Positions 54,958 through 64,000 of a stretch of DNA of 64,000 bases are shown here, one piece after another. The DNA lies in NCBI GenBank assembly GCA_024762335.1, contig JANTHO010000007.1, positions 383-64,382 of the forward strand, read 5' to 3'. The notes beneath the pieces were generated by a model that was not told the DNA's origin, searched no databases, and saw only the letters and a list, made by a program, of their open reading frames with translations. The first letter of the stretch is position 1. Each line of letters starts with the position of its first letter. The stretch comes from Acidimicrobiia bacterium (lineage in GTDB: Bacteria; Actinomycetota; Acidimicrobiia; Spongiisociales; UBA5794). The position numbers were made by a program, and so were the translations under genes.

Positions 54958-56573
54958 GGTCGAGACGATCGCTCCTGCTCATCGCGGCGATCCCGGTCGC
55001 ATACCTCACCTATTTCTACGCCTATCCGCTCGCGACGATCCTGATCACCGGACTGTTCCCAGACGGGAAACTTGCTGCTTCGTCGTTCGTCGACATCGTC
55101 ACCAACCCGGTCGTGCGCTCCGTTGCCTGGTTCACGCTGTGGCAGGCCGTCGTATCTACCCTCCTGACGGTGCTTCTCGGGATTCCGGGGGCCTACGTGT
55201 TCGCGAAGTACCGGTTCCCCGGCCGGTCGCTGCTCCGCTCGCTCACGCTCGTTCCCTTCGTGCTCCCGACGCTCGTCGTCGGCGTCGCGTTCCTCGCCGT
55301 TTTCGGCCCGGGAAGCCCACTCGGCTTCGACCTGCGCGGGACGGTCTGGGCGATCCTGATCGCCCACGTCTTCTATAACCTCTCGATCATCATCCGGGGC
55401 GTCGGCGTCTTCTGGGAGCAGATCGACCCGCGTCTCGAAGATGCGGCACGGACGCTCGGAGCAAGCAGAATACGGGTCTTCAGGGAGGTGACCCTTCCCC
55501 TGCTCCGGCCGGCGATCCTGTCGAGCGCCGCCCTCGTCTTCCTCTTCACCTTCACGTCATTCGGCGTAATCCTCGTCCTCGGCGATCTTCAGCACACGAC
55601 GCTCGAGGTCGAGATCTGGAGGCAGGCAACCGCCTTCCTGCGTCTCGACCTCGCCTCGGCGTTGGCGATCCTCCAACTCATCGGAGTGACCGCGATCCTG
55701 GTCATGTACGGACGGGCGCAGAAGCGCGTATCCGGGGGTCTCCCCCTCCGTCCGCCCGGCGAGGTCGCGAGACGTCCGGCGTCGGTCGGTGAATGGGCGG
55801 TCGTCGGTGCAACGCTCACGATGCTGCTCCTCATCGTCATCACACCGCTCGCCGTCCTCATCGGGCGATCGCTGAGCACAGCCGAAGGCGTCGGACTCTC
55901 GCATTACGCGAACCTCATCCATCCGACCGGGGCGTTCACGCTCTTCATCTCCCCGATCGAAGCGATCCGCAACTCACTCGGTTTCGCCCTGCCCGCCGTC
56001 CTCATTTCCGGCATCATCGGGCTGCTCTCTGCGACCATCGTGGTCTCCGGACGGGGCCGTGGAGGAAGCACGTTCGACACGATGCTGATGCTGCCTCTCG
56101 GTACGTCCGCGGTGACGATCGGATTCGGTTTCCTTGTCGCTCTCGATCAGCCGTTCGATCTCCGATCATCCCTCCTGCTCATCCCCATCGCACACTCGCT
56201 CGTCGCCATCCCGTTCGTGGTCCGCAGTACCGTCCCCGTCATGGATGCGGTGCAGAACCGCCTTCGTGAGGCGGCCCTCGTTCTCGGCGCATCACCACAT
56301 CGCGCGTGGCGTGAGGTTGATCTACCACTGGTGGCGCGGGCCCTCGCCGTCGGATCTCTCTTCGCGTTCGCCATCTCGATCGGCGAGTTCGGCGCAACGT
56401 CGTTCATCGTGAGGCCCTCCACAACGACGATCCCGATCGCCATCTTCAGGCTCCTCGGTCGGCCGGGAACCTTCGGTGAGGCCATGGCCATGGCCGTGAT
56501 CCTCATGGCGATCACGGCAGTCGCCGCCCTGGGGATCGAAGCCATTCGCGGCAGTCGCACCGGGGGTGTGTAG
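54954..56573 (+). CDS. thiP: Thiamine ABC transporter permease (duplicated two-module permease, ThiP-like)
   Basis: The ATG at 54954 overlaps the thiB stop (ATGA). There are two permease modules, each with an EAA-like loop (LEDAARTLGASR, LREAALVLGASP). Confidence 0.82.
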   Translation: MRSRRSLLLIAAIPVAYLTYFYAYPLATILITGLFPDGKLAASSFVDIVTNPVVRSVAWFTLWQAVVSTLLTVLLGIPGAYVFAKYRFPGRSLLRSLTLVPFVLPTLVVGVAFLAVFGPGSPLGFDLRGTVWAILIAHVFYNLSIIIRGVGVFWEQIDPRLEDAARTLGASRIRVFREVTLPLLRPAILSSAALVFLFTFTSFGVILVLGDLQHTTLEVEIWRQATAFLRLDLASALAILQLIGVTAILVMYGRAQKRVSGGLPLRPPGEVARRPASVGEWAVVGATLTMLLLIVITPLAVLIGRSLSTAEGVGLSHYANLIHPTGAFTLFISPIEAIRNSLGFALPAVLISGIIGLLSATIVVSGRGRGGSTFDTMLMLPLGTSAVTIGFGFLVALDQPFDLRSSLLLIPIAHSLVAIPFVVRSTVPVMDAVQNRLREAALVLGASPHRAWREVDLPLVARALAVGSLFAFAISIGEFGATSFIVRPSTTTIPIAIFRLLGRPGTFGEAMAMAVILMAITAVAALGIEAIRGSRTGGV

Positions 56574-57556
56574 TGCTCGAAGTCTCCGACCTCACCGTTC
56601 GCTATGGGGCTGAGATCGCGCTCGACGGCGCCAACCTCGTTGTCGCGGATCGGTCGATTCATGCGTTGATGGGTCCGTCGGGATCCGGCAAGTCGACCAT
56701 GCTGCGTGCGATCGCCGGTCTCGAACATCCGGACGGTGGCGATGTCCGCTGGAACAAGACCTCCATCACCGACGTGCCCACACACCGGAGGGGCTTCGGG
56801 TTGATGTTCCAGGACTACGCACTGTTCCCCCACCGAACCGTGGCCGGGAATGTCGCCTTCGGACTGCGCATGCAGCGACTCGACGCAGACACGGTGCGTG
56901 CTCGTGTGACCTCGGTGCTCGATCTCGTCGGCCTTCCCGGATACGAGACCCGGAGCGTCGGGACCCTGTCCGGTGGGGAGCGCCAACGCGTCGCCCTCGC
57001 CAGGACCCTCGCTCCGAGGCCCCGTCTGGTCCTCCTGGACGAACCGCTCGGCGCTCTCGACCGGTCGCTGCGGGAGCATCTCCTCATCGAAATGCACTCG
57101 ATCTTCGCGAAGGTCGAGGCCACGGTCCTCTATGTAACGCACGACCGCGACGAAGCGTTCACGATCGCCGACCAGATCGCGATCATTCGCGATGGCCGTA
57201 TCGTGGCTGATGACACGCCCGAGGGTCTGTGGCACAATCCACCGGATGTCTGGACGGCCAACTTCATTGGCCTCGAGAACCTGTGCACGCTCGCCGGACT
57301 CGCCCGACTCGGCCTCCAACCTCCGATGACCGGGGCGACCGCCGGTGCCGTTCCACCCGAAGCGATCACGCTCGCGACCGATGGAACGCGATCCGGCATC
57401 GTGGTGGGTTCTCACTTCCGGGGTGGTGCGTACCGGGTCGAACTCGACGTCGGAACCGACGCGTTCCTCGTCGCATGGTCCCCGATCGGCCTCGAACCCG
57501 GGGCGCAACAGCGATTCGAGATCGCTGCCGGGTCGGTCAGATGGTTCGCTGATTGA
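56573..57556 (+). CDS. thiQ: ABC transporter ATP-binding protein (ThiQ-like)
   Basis: Shows GPSGSGKST, LSGGERQRVALAR and LLDEPL. The GTG start overlaps the thiP TAG by 1 nt. Confidence 0.85.
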   Translation: MLEVSDLTVRYGAEIALDGANLVVADRSIHALMGPSGSGKSTMLRAIAGLEHPDGGDVRWNKTSITDVPTHRRGFGLMFQDYALFPHRTVAGNVAFGLRMQRLDADTVRARVTSVLDLVGLPGYETRSVGTLSGGERQRVALARTLAPRPRLVLLDEPLGALDRSLREHLLIEMHSIFAKVEATVLYVTHDRDEAFTIADQIAIIRDGRIVADDTPEGLWHNPPDVWTANFIGLENLCTLAGLARLGLQPPMTGATAGAVPPEAITLATDGTRSGIVVGSHFRGGAYRVELDVGTDAFLVAWSPIGLEPGAQQRFEIAAGSVRWFAD

Positions 57557-58114
57557 TCAGTCGACGAGTTCGGCGGTCGACACGACGTGTCCGAAATCGG
57601 CTTCGATGGTCAACGCCGTGTATCGCGCGATCTCACGTGCCCGGTACACCTTGTGATTCGGGCCGGCGATGTCGAACGTGTGGGTGGCATCAAGAACGAA
57701 GAGCAGGTCGAACCCCAGGTCGCTCCCGACCCGGGCGGTCGTTTCACAGCACATGTTCGTCTGGATCCCGCAGACGGCGATTCCGGCGATTTCGTGCTCC
57801 TGCAGCCAACCGGCGAGATCCGGAGTGCCGTGGAACGCAGAATGCACGGATTTCGAGACGAGAAGGTCCGGTGAGCCGTTGATCACGTCCTTGAAGGCGT
57901 TCCCCGGTGTCCCGGCCTCGAGCGGCGATCCGATCGTCGTCGAGTCGTGCCGCACGAACACGACCGGCCAGTCATGGCGTCGCCACGCCGCGATCAGGCG
58001 ACCGATGTTGGTTTCGCACTCCGGGTTGTTGCGATCGCCCCAGTACGCGGCGTCATCGAACCCCTTCTGGACGTCCACGACGATCAGGGCCGTCGCTCCT
58101 TTCCATTCGCTCAC
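57557..58114 (-). CDS. Cysteine hydrolase / isochorismatase family protein
   Basis: Shows ALIVVDVQKGF, and VCGIQTNMCC carries the catalytic Cys context. Length 185 aa. Its stop abuts the thiQ stop with no spacer. Confidence 0.85.
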   Translation of the reverse strand: MSEWKGATALIVVDVQKGFDDAAYWGDRNNPECETNIGRLIAAWRRHDWPVVFVRHDSTTIGSPLEAGTPGNAFKDVINGSPDLLVSKSVHSAFHGTPDLAGWLQEHEIAGIAVCGIQTNMCCETTARVGSDLGFDLLFVLDATHTFDIAGPNHKVYRAREIARYTALTIEADFGHVVSTAELVD

Positions 58115-59016
58115 GAGTAGAGCATCGGGCCGAGTTTGGCGAACTCGTCCCTGGCGGAGAACGGCACGATGTATCCGTCCTCGACCCGGACGTCCTGGAC
58201 GTGTTCGACGACGTCTTCGATCCTGAGCGGACCTTCACGGTCGGGGTGTTTGAAGTATCCCTCTGTGAGTCCGATGAACACGCGGCTCACGGATCCTCCG
58301 CCGACGGACCAGATCTCGCCCGTGAGTTGATTCTGCTCTGATGCGAGATACGCCACGGCGGGAGCAACCGATTCCGGATCGAACTGATCCGCCATCTCTC
58401 CGAGGATCTCCTCGGTCATTCTGGTCTGCGCGATCGGCGCCACCGAGTTCACGAGCACGTTGTACTTTGCCCCTTCGAGCTTGAGGGCATTCATGAAGCC
58501 GACGAGACCACCTTTCGCCGCGCCGTAGTTCGTCTGCCCGAAGTTCCCGAACAGACCGGACGCCGATGTCGCAAAGATGATCCTCCCGTACTGCTGCTCC
58601 TTCATGATCCTGAAGGCCGGCATTGTCACGTAGAAGGCCCCTTCGAGGTGGACGGCGAGAACGGACCGGAGGTCCTCGACGGTCATGTTCACGAGGGTCC
58701 GATCGCGAAGGATTCCGGCGTTCGAGATCACGATGTCGAGACGGCCGAACGAATCGACCGCACGATCAACAATGGCGGCCCCCCCGTCGGGGTCCGCGAC
58801 CGAACTGTATTCGGCCACTGCCGTTCCGCCTGCGGCCTGGATCTCCTCTACCACCTTGTCGGCGGCATGCGCGTCGGATCCCTCTCCGTGCACCGACCCT
58901 CCGAGGTCGTTGACGACGACCGCTGCCCCGCGCGAAGCCAGCAGAAGGGCGTAGGCGCGGCCCAATCCCCCACCCGCCCCGGTGACGACCGCAACTCGGT
59001 CCTGGAAGTCGATCAT
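58111..59016 (-). CDS. SDR family oxidoreductase (MFE-2 / hydroxyacyl-CoA dehydrogenase-like)
   Basis: Internal ATG at 59016 gives MIDFQDRVAVVTGAGGGLGRAYA. Also NAGILRD and YGAAKGG. Length 301 aa. Confidence 0.85.
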   Translation of the reverse strand: MIDFQDRVAVVTGAGGGLGRAYALLLASRGAAVVVNDLGGSVHGEGSDAHAADKVVEEIQAAGGTAVAEYSSVADPDGGAAIVDRAVDSFGRLDIVISNAGILRDRTLVNMTVEDLRSVLAVHLEGAFYVTMPAFRIMKEQQYGRIIFATSASGLFGNFGQTNYGAAKGGLVGFMNALKLEGAKYNVLVNSVAPIAQTRMTEEILGEMADQFDPESVAPAVAYLASEQNQLTGEIWSVGGGSVSRVFIGLTEGYFKHPDREGPLRIEDVVEHVQDVRVEDGYIVPFSARDEFAKLGPMLYS

Positions 59017-59114
59017 CCTGGCTGCTCCTTGTCTGGTTGGATCCCAAACCATAGCGAACGGCAACGGTCCATCTTTCCCCTCCGAACCGACGTTCGATCC
59101 CCTACCATCGCATC

Positions 59115-60320
59115 GTGGAACCGCGCGACCCCCTGCCACGCGTCCGGCCGCTCCCACCGGACGGCGAGGAGCATCCTGCAGCCTCCCGGGTGACAGCACC
59201 GGGCAGGATCTTCGCCATCGCCGCAGGATCGCTGGTCATCGCCCTCATGGTCGTCGTGTTCGGCGCCGGAGGAGACGAAGAGGCGACGCTCCCCGAACCC
59301 GGTGAGTCTCTGGCGGCCGTGGATGCCGGAGATCTGGAAGTCACGACAACCACGCTCCCTCAGAGACTCGTCGATGCCCTCCCAATCGAGATGGAACGGC
59401 TCTCGGCGGTCGTGGGCGCCGACGACGCACGAATGATCCTGTGGAACCCGTCGGAACGGTTCGCCCGTTCCTATCGGCTCCCATTCGCTCCACACGAGGT
59501 CTGGTTCGATGCGGATGGCACCTCCGTTGCATTCGTCGACAAACGATCGGCTCTCTTCGTTGGCCCCTCGCCCGGCGATGCCGCAGTGGGAATCGAAGCA
59601 ACAGCCACCGCGGCCCGTTTCCACCCGGCGGACGCCGGCGAACTCGCATATACGGCAGCGCTCGCCGATCCGAACATGATCGGCCTCTACCGGACGCTCG
59701 CCGCCCCCGGCCTTCTCGGTGGTATCGAACCAACCCTCATCGCACAGGTGCCGGGTACCGGCCGTCTCCTCACCTGGGGTGATTGGGGATATGCTCTCGC
59801 GATCGACGAGCCTGCCGCCATACTGATCCTCGATCCCGACGGTCGCCCCGAACGCGTCATGGCAGGGACGGCGTACACGGCGGGTGGAGATGCGATCCTG
59901 GTTGACTCGACCGGACCCGCCCCGGACGATCCCGGAGTCTTGGACGTACTCGCTCCCGATGTCGTGAATTCGGAACCGATCGTCGGAATCATCGACACCG
60001 AATTCGAACCCATCTTCCTGTTCCCCGGCATCGACGCCGCCAGTTCCAATGTGACAATCTCGGCCGACGGGTCCCGGATCGCCGTGACGACATTCACGAA
60101 CACCGGCGGGACTTCGATCACGATCCGGGATCGGGCCGAGTCGACGTTGCGAACGATCCGTATGGACTTCATGGCTCAGCCGATCGGATTCGTCGCCGCC
60201 GGAACTCACCTCGCGCTCCAGGACCTCGAAGGCGGCGAACTCGTCGTGGCGGACTGGCGCACCGGCGTACACCATCGGGTGCCCGCCCTGAGCGGCAACT
60301 TCCTCGCCGTCGATCTCTGA
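59115..60320 (+). CDS. Hypothetical membrane-anchored protein, unknown function
   Basis: One TM (IFAIAAGSLVIALMVVVFGA) is followed by an extracytoplasmic domain of about 340 aa. The overlapping 420-aa minus-strand ORF looks like an antisense shadow. Confidence 0.55.
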   Translation: MEPRDPLPRVRPLPPDGEEHPAASRVTAPGRIFAIAAGSLVIALMVVVFGAGGDEEATLPEPGESLAAVDAGDLEVTTTTLPQRLVDALPIEMERLSAVVGADDARMILWNPSERFARSYRLPFAPHEVWFDADGTSVAFVDKRSALFVGPSPGDAAVGIEATATAARFHPADAGELAYTAALADPNMIGLYRTLAAPGLLGGIEPTLIAQVPGTGRLLTWGDWGYALAIDEPAAILILDPDGRPERVMAGTAYTAGGDAILVDSTGPAPDDPGVLDVLAPDVVNSEPIVGIIDTEFEPIFLFPGIDAASSNVTISADGSRIAVTTFTNTGGTSITIRDRAESTLRTIRMDFMAQPIGFVAAGTHLALQDLEGGELVVADWRTGVHHRVPALSGNFLAVDL

Positions 60321-60350
60321 GAATCCACGACCCGACCCGCTGATCCGCCG

Positions 60351-61541
60351 CTACCCGACGGCGCGGGACAGCGGTACGGCGAGGTCGCCGCGATCGTCGA
60401 CGACCACCTCGCCCATCCCGAGCCACGTCGCCATGGAACGAAGCTCTGAGGCCAACGGTCCGGCGATCCGCGAAGCCTCGAGGCCCTGTTCGAGATGGGC
60501 CGCCCGGACGAGGAGACGACGGTTCTGGCGGTCGGCCTTCAGATCGACTCGCGCCACCAAGTCGCCGTCGAGGAGGAACGGCAACACGTAGTAGCCGTAG
60601 ATCCGCTGATGCTTCGGGACGTAGATCTCGATCCGGTAGCGGAACCCGAAGAGCCGTTCCACACGATCCCGATGCCAGATCAACGAGTCGAATGGACTCA
60701 GAAGAGCCGTTCCTGATGCTCGACGCGGCATCACCGCCTCGGGATGGAGATAGGCGTCCCGGCGCCACCCCTCGACGGTGACCGGGACCACGGCTCCCTC
60801 TTCGGCCAGCCCTGCGACGACGCTTCGCGCCGTCGGGACGTGAAGCCGGTGATAGTCGGCGAGGTCCGCGACCGTGCCGATCCCGTGGTGACGCGCAGCG
60901 TCCATGAGCAGTGTCCGGTAGGCCTCGATCCGGTCGAGAGGATACCTTTCGAGGATATTGGCGGGAATCACTCTCTCAGGGATCACGTACTTGCGACCGA
61001 ACGTGGCAGTTCGATAGGCCGTTACGCGACCCGTCGCGAACAACCATTCGAGAGCGTACTTCCCCGGTGCATACCCCCACCACGGCCCGCCGCGTTCCCC
61101 GGGGTCGTCGAGGTCGGAGACCGTGACGGGGCCGTGTTCGGAGACCTGTTCCAACACACGCTCGATGTACCCGGGTCGTTCGTCGAGCAACCGTCGGACG
61201 CTGCCCCATGGCTTCATCGTCTCCATCCGGAACCGGAACGCCGGGTAACGATCGACGGGGATCAGTGATGCTTCATGACCCCAGTACTCGAACATCTCCC
61301 CGGATTCCACGGTCCACCGATCCAGGGCGGCCCGGTCGTACGGGCCGAGACGGGAGAACATCGGAAGGTAGTGGGACCGGTCCAGCACGTTCACAGAGTC
61401 CAGTTGGAGCAGGCCGATCCTGTCCAGCACGCGCCGGAAGTGCCGTACGTCGATCCGTCCGCCGGGTCGGGGCACGGTAAACCCCTGGGCCCCCAAGGCG
61501 ATCCTTCGTGCCTGATCGACCGTCAACCGTCGCTGTTTCAT
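60351..61541 (-). CDS. Winged-helix DNA-binding protein of the YcaQ/AlkZ (interstrand-crosslink DNA glycosylase) family
   Basis: Shows LTVDQARRIALGAQGF..., LQLDSVNV, FEYWGHEAS and YVLPFL. Length 396 aa. Confidence 0.78.
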   Translation of the reverse strand: MKQRRLTVDQARRIALGAQGFTVPRPGGRIDVRHFRRVLDRIGLLQLDSVNVLDRSHYLPMFSRLGPYDRAALDRWTVESGEMFEYWGHEASLIPVDRYPAFRFRMETMKPWGSVRRLLDERPGYIERVLEQVSEHGPVTVSDLDDPGERGGPWWGYAPGKYALEWLFATGRVTAYRTATFGRKYVIPERVIPANILERYPLDRIEAYRTLLMDAARHHGIGTVADLADYHRLHVPTARSVVAGLAEEGAVVPVTVEGWRRDAYLHPEAVMPRRASGTALLSPFDSLIWHRDRVERLFGFRYRIEIYVPKHQRIYGYYVLPFLLDGDLVARVDLKADRQNRRLLVRAAHLEQGLEASRIAGPLASELRSMATWLGMGEVVVDDRGDLAVPLSRAVG

Positions 61542-61578
61542 CGCCGTGCATTCTCCACGGTCGCTACGCTACCTCCCC

Positions 61579-62322
61579 ATGACCCGAATGCTCACCGCCG
61601 CCGCACGGACCTTCACGCTCGTGCCGTTGTTCTTCCTCTACACGATGTGGCGGGCACTCCAGGTCATGATGATCGGAAAGCGCAAACCCGACTCCCCGAA
61701 GATCGAGCAAGTGATTCAGCGGTGGTCCCAACTGTTCCTGGGAATTCCACCGATCATGTTCTCCGTTGAGGGAACCGAGCATGTCGATCCCGCACAACAC
61801 TACGTCGTCGTCTCGAACCATGTCTCGAACTTCGACATCCCCGTTCTGTTCCGTGCTATCCCCACACCGATTCGGTTCCTCGCGAAGAAGGAGCTCTACA
61901 AGATCCCGTTCCTCGGACCGGCAATGGACGCTGCGGGGATCGTGAAGGTCGACAGGAGCGGAAGCCGATCGGCCCGCGAGGCGATCAGCGCAGCGGCCCG
62001 GGAGACCTACCGACGCGGATACTCGCTCCTCGTATTCGCCGAAGGCACCCGCTCCCGGACCGGAGACATGGCCGACTTCCGTAAGGGCGCGGCCCGCATC
62101 GCCATCGACAATGGCGCCGCTCTGCTTCCGGTCGTGATTTCAGGAACCTACGACGTCAACCCCCCGGGATCGATGTTCATCTATCCGGGTACCGTCCGCG
62201 TCAGGATCCTCGATCCGATCCCGACCACGAACAGGACCTTCACAGACATCACGCCACTGACGACCACGCTCCACGATCGGATGTATCCGGTCTACGAGGA
62301 GATGCGAAACGATCAGGGCTGA
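61579..62322 (+). CDS. plsC: 1-acyl-sn-glycerol-3-phosphate acyltransferase
   Basis: Shows the HX4D motif NHVSNFD, plus FAEGTRS. The ATG at 61579 is preferred over the listed 61546, which lies 4 nt from the divergent ycaQ start. Confidence 0.85.
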   Translation: MTRMLTAAARTFTLVPLFFLYTMWRALQVMMIGKRKPDSPKIEQVIQRWSQLFLGIPPIMFSVEGTEHVDPAQHYVVVSNHVSNFDIPVLFRAIPTPIRFLAKKELYKIPFLGPAMDAAGIVKVDRSGSRSAREAISAAARETYRRGYSLLVFAEGTRSRTGDMADFRKGAARIAIDNGAALLPVVISGTYDVNPPGSMFIYPGTVRVRILDPIPTTNRTFTDITPLTTTLHDRMYPVYEEMRNDQG

Positions 62323-62717
62323 GGAGCCGTCGTCACCGATTGAGGGCGAGACGCTCCCTCGGCGGATATCTGTTGCCGTTCACACCACCAGGCGCCTGCG
62401 GTTCCTCCGGCGAGCACCGCCGCCGGCATGATTGCTCGCCATGCGCCGGGCACGAACGTGTTGATCGCGAGAGCCAGAAGTCCGCCGAGCAGGAACCCGA
62501 GGCTCGTCCCGCACATGATCATCCCGAGATCCAGACGGAACGCTCCGCCGATCATCATGCCAACGATCATTCCCAGGAAGAGCATCGGAAGACCGACGAC
62601 ACCGACCTGTGCTTCTGTGAAGTTCGCGACGCCTGTTGCGGTCAGTTCGAATCCGACAATCATGACGATAGCCCCGAGAACACCTCCCAGGACGCCTCCG
62701 ATGAGTACACGACGCAT
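62313..62717 (-). CDS. Hypothetical Gly-rich small membrane protein
   Basis: ATG at 62717 has GGAGG 7 nt upstream. MRRVLIGGVLGGVLGAIVMIVGF... There are about four hydrophobic segments. Length 134 aa. Confidence 0.55.
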   Translation of the reverse strand: MRRVLIGGVLGGVLGAIVMIVGFELTATGVANFTEAQVGVVGLPMLFLGMIVGMMIGGAFRLDLGMIMCGTSLGFLLGGLLALAINTFVPGAWRAIMPAAVLAGGTAGAWWCERQQISAEGASRPQSVTTAPQP

Positions 62718-62816
62718 CACACACCTCCCTTCGTTCTGTACTCCCCCTTTCAACGTAGTCCCGGTATTCGTCCCGTGCCAGGGGCGGTCGCAGGGTGTGT
62801 CGAGGAAGATGAGAGG

Positions 62817-64000
62817 TCAGTCGTAGATGCCGGCCAGCCACGTCCCGTCGTCATCCACTTCGCAAAGAAACGCCCCCGCCGACGTGACGATCTGATACTG
62901 ATCTCGCGGGTCTTCGCCTCGCCACCAACGCCCGACCCGACGCCAGGGGCCGGCCCACGACCGTACCTCCACCCACCGGGTTCCGAGACGGACCCGGACC
63001 GGCATACCCCCATCCCATTCGACGTGGAGCGGTCGCCGGTCCGGGGGAACCAGTGCAGGAGATGGGCCGGGAATCCGTCCGGGCCACGGCGCTTCGGGAT
63101 CCCGCCGCACCACCGGGTCCTCCCCCCACCGGTGCCATGCCACCTGCTCCCCCGGCTCCCGCCCGCCTTGCGGGTGGGCCTGGAGGAACCCGTCTGCGCC
63201 GACGATCGCCTGAGCCTCCGTCAGGGCACGATGCGTCTCCGCTGCAGCATGTGAATCCTCCCCCAGAGCGAGTTGGCGGCCCGTACCCGACAAGTCGGCC
63301 GGCTCGATTCGCAACGCGACGAGACCGCCCCGTATCCCGGCCCCCACACCATCGACCCAGGCGCGTAGCTGCCATCTCACCCGATCGGCAATCGCCCGAT
63401 CGTCGAGCGGGTCGGCGCTCCGCCACGTTCTCGAGCGAACCGTCCCATCGGCGGCCTCGGCCTCGACCACGATGCGGAACGGTGCGGCTCCGACCGAAGC
63501 CAGCGTGGAGATGAGGCGGCCCGCCATCGATCGTGCAACGAACGCCGCCTGGTCGAGATCCTCCAGCGGCGGCGAGAAACGCTCGACGACGGTCGGATCG
63601 GCGGGGAGTTCACGCGGATTCGGCTCCCGGTCCCTTCCCGACGCAAGCCGGTGGGCGTCTGCTCCCGCGGGGCCGAAACGAGAGGTAACGGCACTTCCGG
63701 GAAGCCCGGCAAGCTCACCGAGCGTCGAAATCCCGAGCCAGCGAAACGTCGCTACGAGTTCCTCACGGCCGACCGCTGAGATGTCGAGTGAAGCGAGGAA
63801 CGCGGCATTGTCCTCGACGACATACACCGGGGGAACGCCGGAAGCCGCTTCTGCAGCGTGTTTCGCAGCGAAAGGACCATCGGCCAGTCCGACACGGAAC
63901 CCGTCGCCTGCCACCCGGTCGATCTCCTTGACGACCCGCTCGACGAGCGAGCGCTCTCCTCCGTAGTACGCGACGGCGCCGGCCACCGGGACGAAGATCA
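62817..64000 (-). CDS. imuB: ImuB-like Y-family DNA polymerase homologue (mutasome component); N-terminus outside window
   Basis: The frame stays open through 64000 (..IFVPVAGAVAYYGGE..). WLGISTLGELAGLPGSAVTSRFG (HhH) is followed by a little-finger-like region and the long C-terminal extension typical of ImuB. Confidence 0.75.
   Translation of the reverse strand, partial: IFVPVAGAVAYYGGERSLVERVVKEIDRVAGDGFRVGLADGPFAAKHAAEAASGVPPVYVVEDNAAFLASLDISAVGREELVATFRWLGISTLGELAGLPGSAVTSRFGPAGADAHRLASGRDREPNPRELPADPTVVERFSPPLEDLDQAAFVARSMAGRLISTLASVGAAPFRIVVEAEAADGTVRSRTWRSADPLDDRAIADRVRWQLRAWVDGVGAGIRGGLVALRIEPADLSGTGRQLALGEDSHAAAETHRALTEAQAIVGADGFLQAHPQGGREPGEQVAWHRWGEDPVVRRDPEAPWPGRIPGPSPALVPPDRRPLHVEWDGGMPVRVRLGTRWVEVRSWAGPWRRVGRWWRGEDPRDQYQIVTSAGAFLCEVDDDGTWLAGIYD

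Noticed and set aside
59013-60275. A 420-aa minus-strand ORF almost fully overlapping the plus-strand ORF 59115..60320.
   Set aside because: Its composition is rich in Arg, Asp, Gly and Glu with no hydrophobic core segments, typical of an antisense shadow ORF in GC-rich DNA. The plus-strand product has a clean TM helix and protein-like composition. The same reasoning rejects 26946..27971(-), 21907..23142(-), 42625..44256(+), 262..1314(-), 1311..1997(-), 25382..26269(-), 40158..41291(-), 56147..57508(-) and similar.
1-64000. I looked for CRISPR arrays, tRNA/rRNA/tmRNA genes, transposases, integrases, phage genes, and toxin-antitoxin or restriction-modification genes.
   Set aside because: None were recognised. 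The only dispersed repeats are the short palindromic intergenic units. No regularly spaced direct repeats and no T-loop-like GGTTCGAATCC motifs occur in the non-coding gaps I inspected. This was done by eye, so a covariance-model scan could still find a small RNA.

Overview
This is a visibly GC-rich, very gene-dense chromosomal segment. It is most consistent with an Actinomycetota genome, possibly a compact Acidimicrobiia-like one, though taxonomy is only an inference. The supporting signals are rnj-dapA and pepR-dapB synteny, a DinB/MDMPI-type enzyme, an LCP protein, lipobox lipoproteins, and dnaE2 and imuB with a mycobacterial-type LexA box.

I can support about 65 protein-coding genes, mostly housekeeping or metabolic:
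- Core metabolism: lysine biosynthesis (dapA, dapB), RNase J, asnA, aspC, udk, ychF, ltaE, plsC.
- Cofactor and iron handling: a TPP-riboswitch-controlled thiN-thiBPQ thiamine salvage operon, and ferritin.
- DNA repair: dnaE2 and imuB mutasome genes, and a YcaQ-type glycosylase.

I saw no rRNA, tRNA, CRISPR array, transposase, integrase or phage genes. Many long ORFs in the supplied track are antisense or wrong-frame shadows typical of high-GC DNA. Several true genes start well inside the listed ORFs.

Observations worth a second look:
1. An inverted-order VWA/AAA+ pair with a co-directional YajQ gene. The ATPase has reciprocal Walker A (T/S to D) and Walker B (D to S) substitutions, and the VWA partner has an N-terminal HExxH motif.
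2. A palindrome-rich intergenic repeat family of about 51-nt units, present as two 121-bp inverted pairs plus solo units, placed just after stop codons.
3. A fusion of type II dehydroquinase with an alpha/beta hydrolase.
4. A perfect SOS box overlapping the likely dnaE2 start.
5. An AT-rich, helically phased operator-like array next to an RHH-DUF4097 operon.
6. An orphan sugar ABC permease beside a gap of about 510 bp with no ORF, containing a G9 tract.

Nothing here is a proven novel system. All functional calls come from motif recognition by eye, with no database search.
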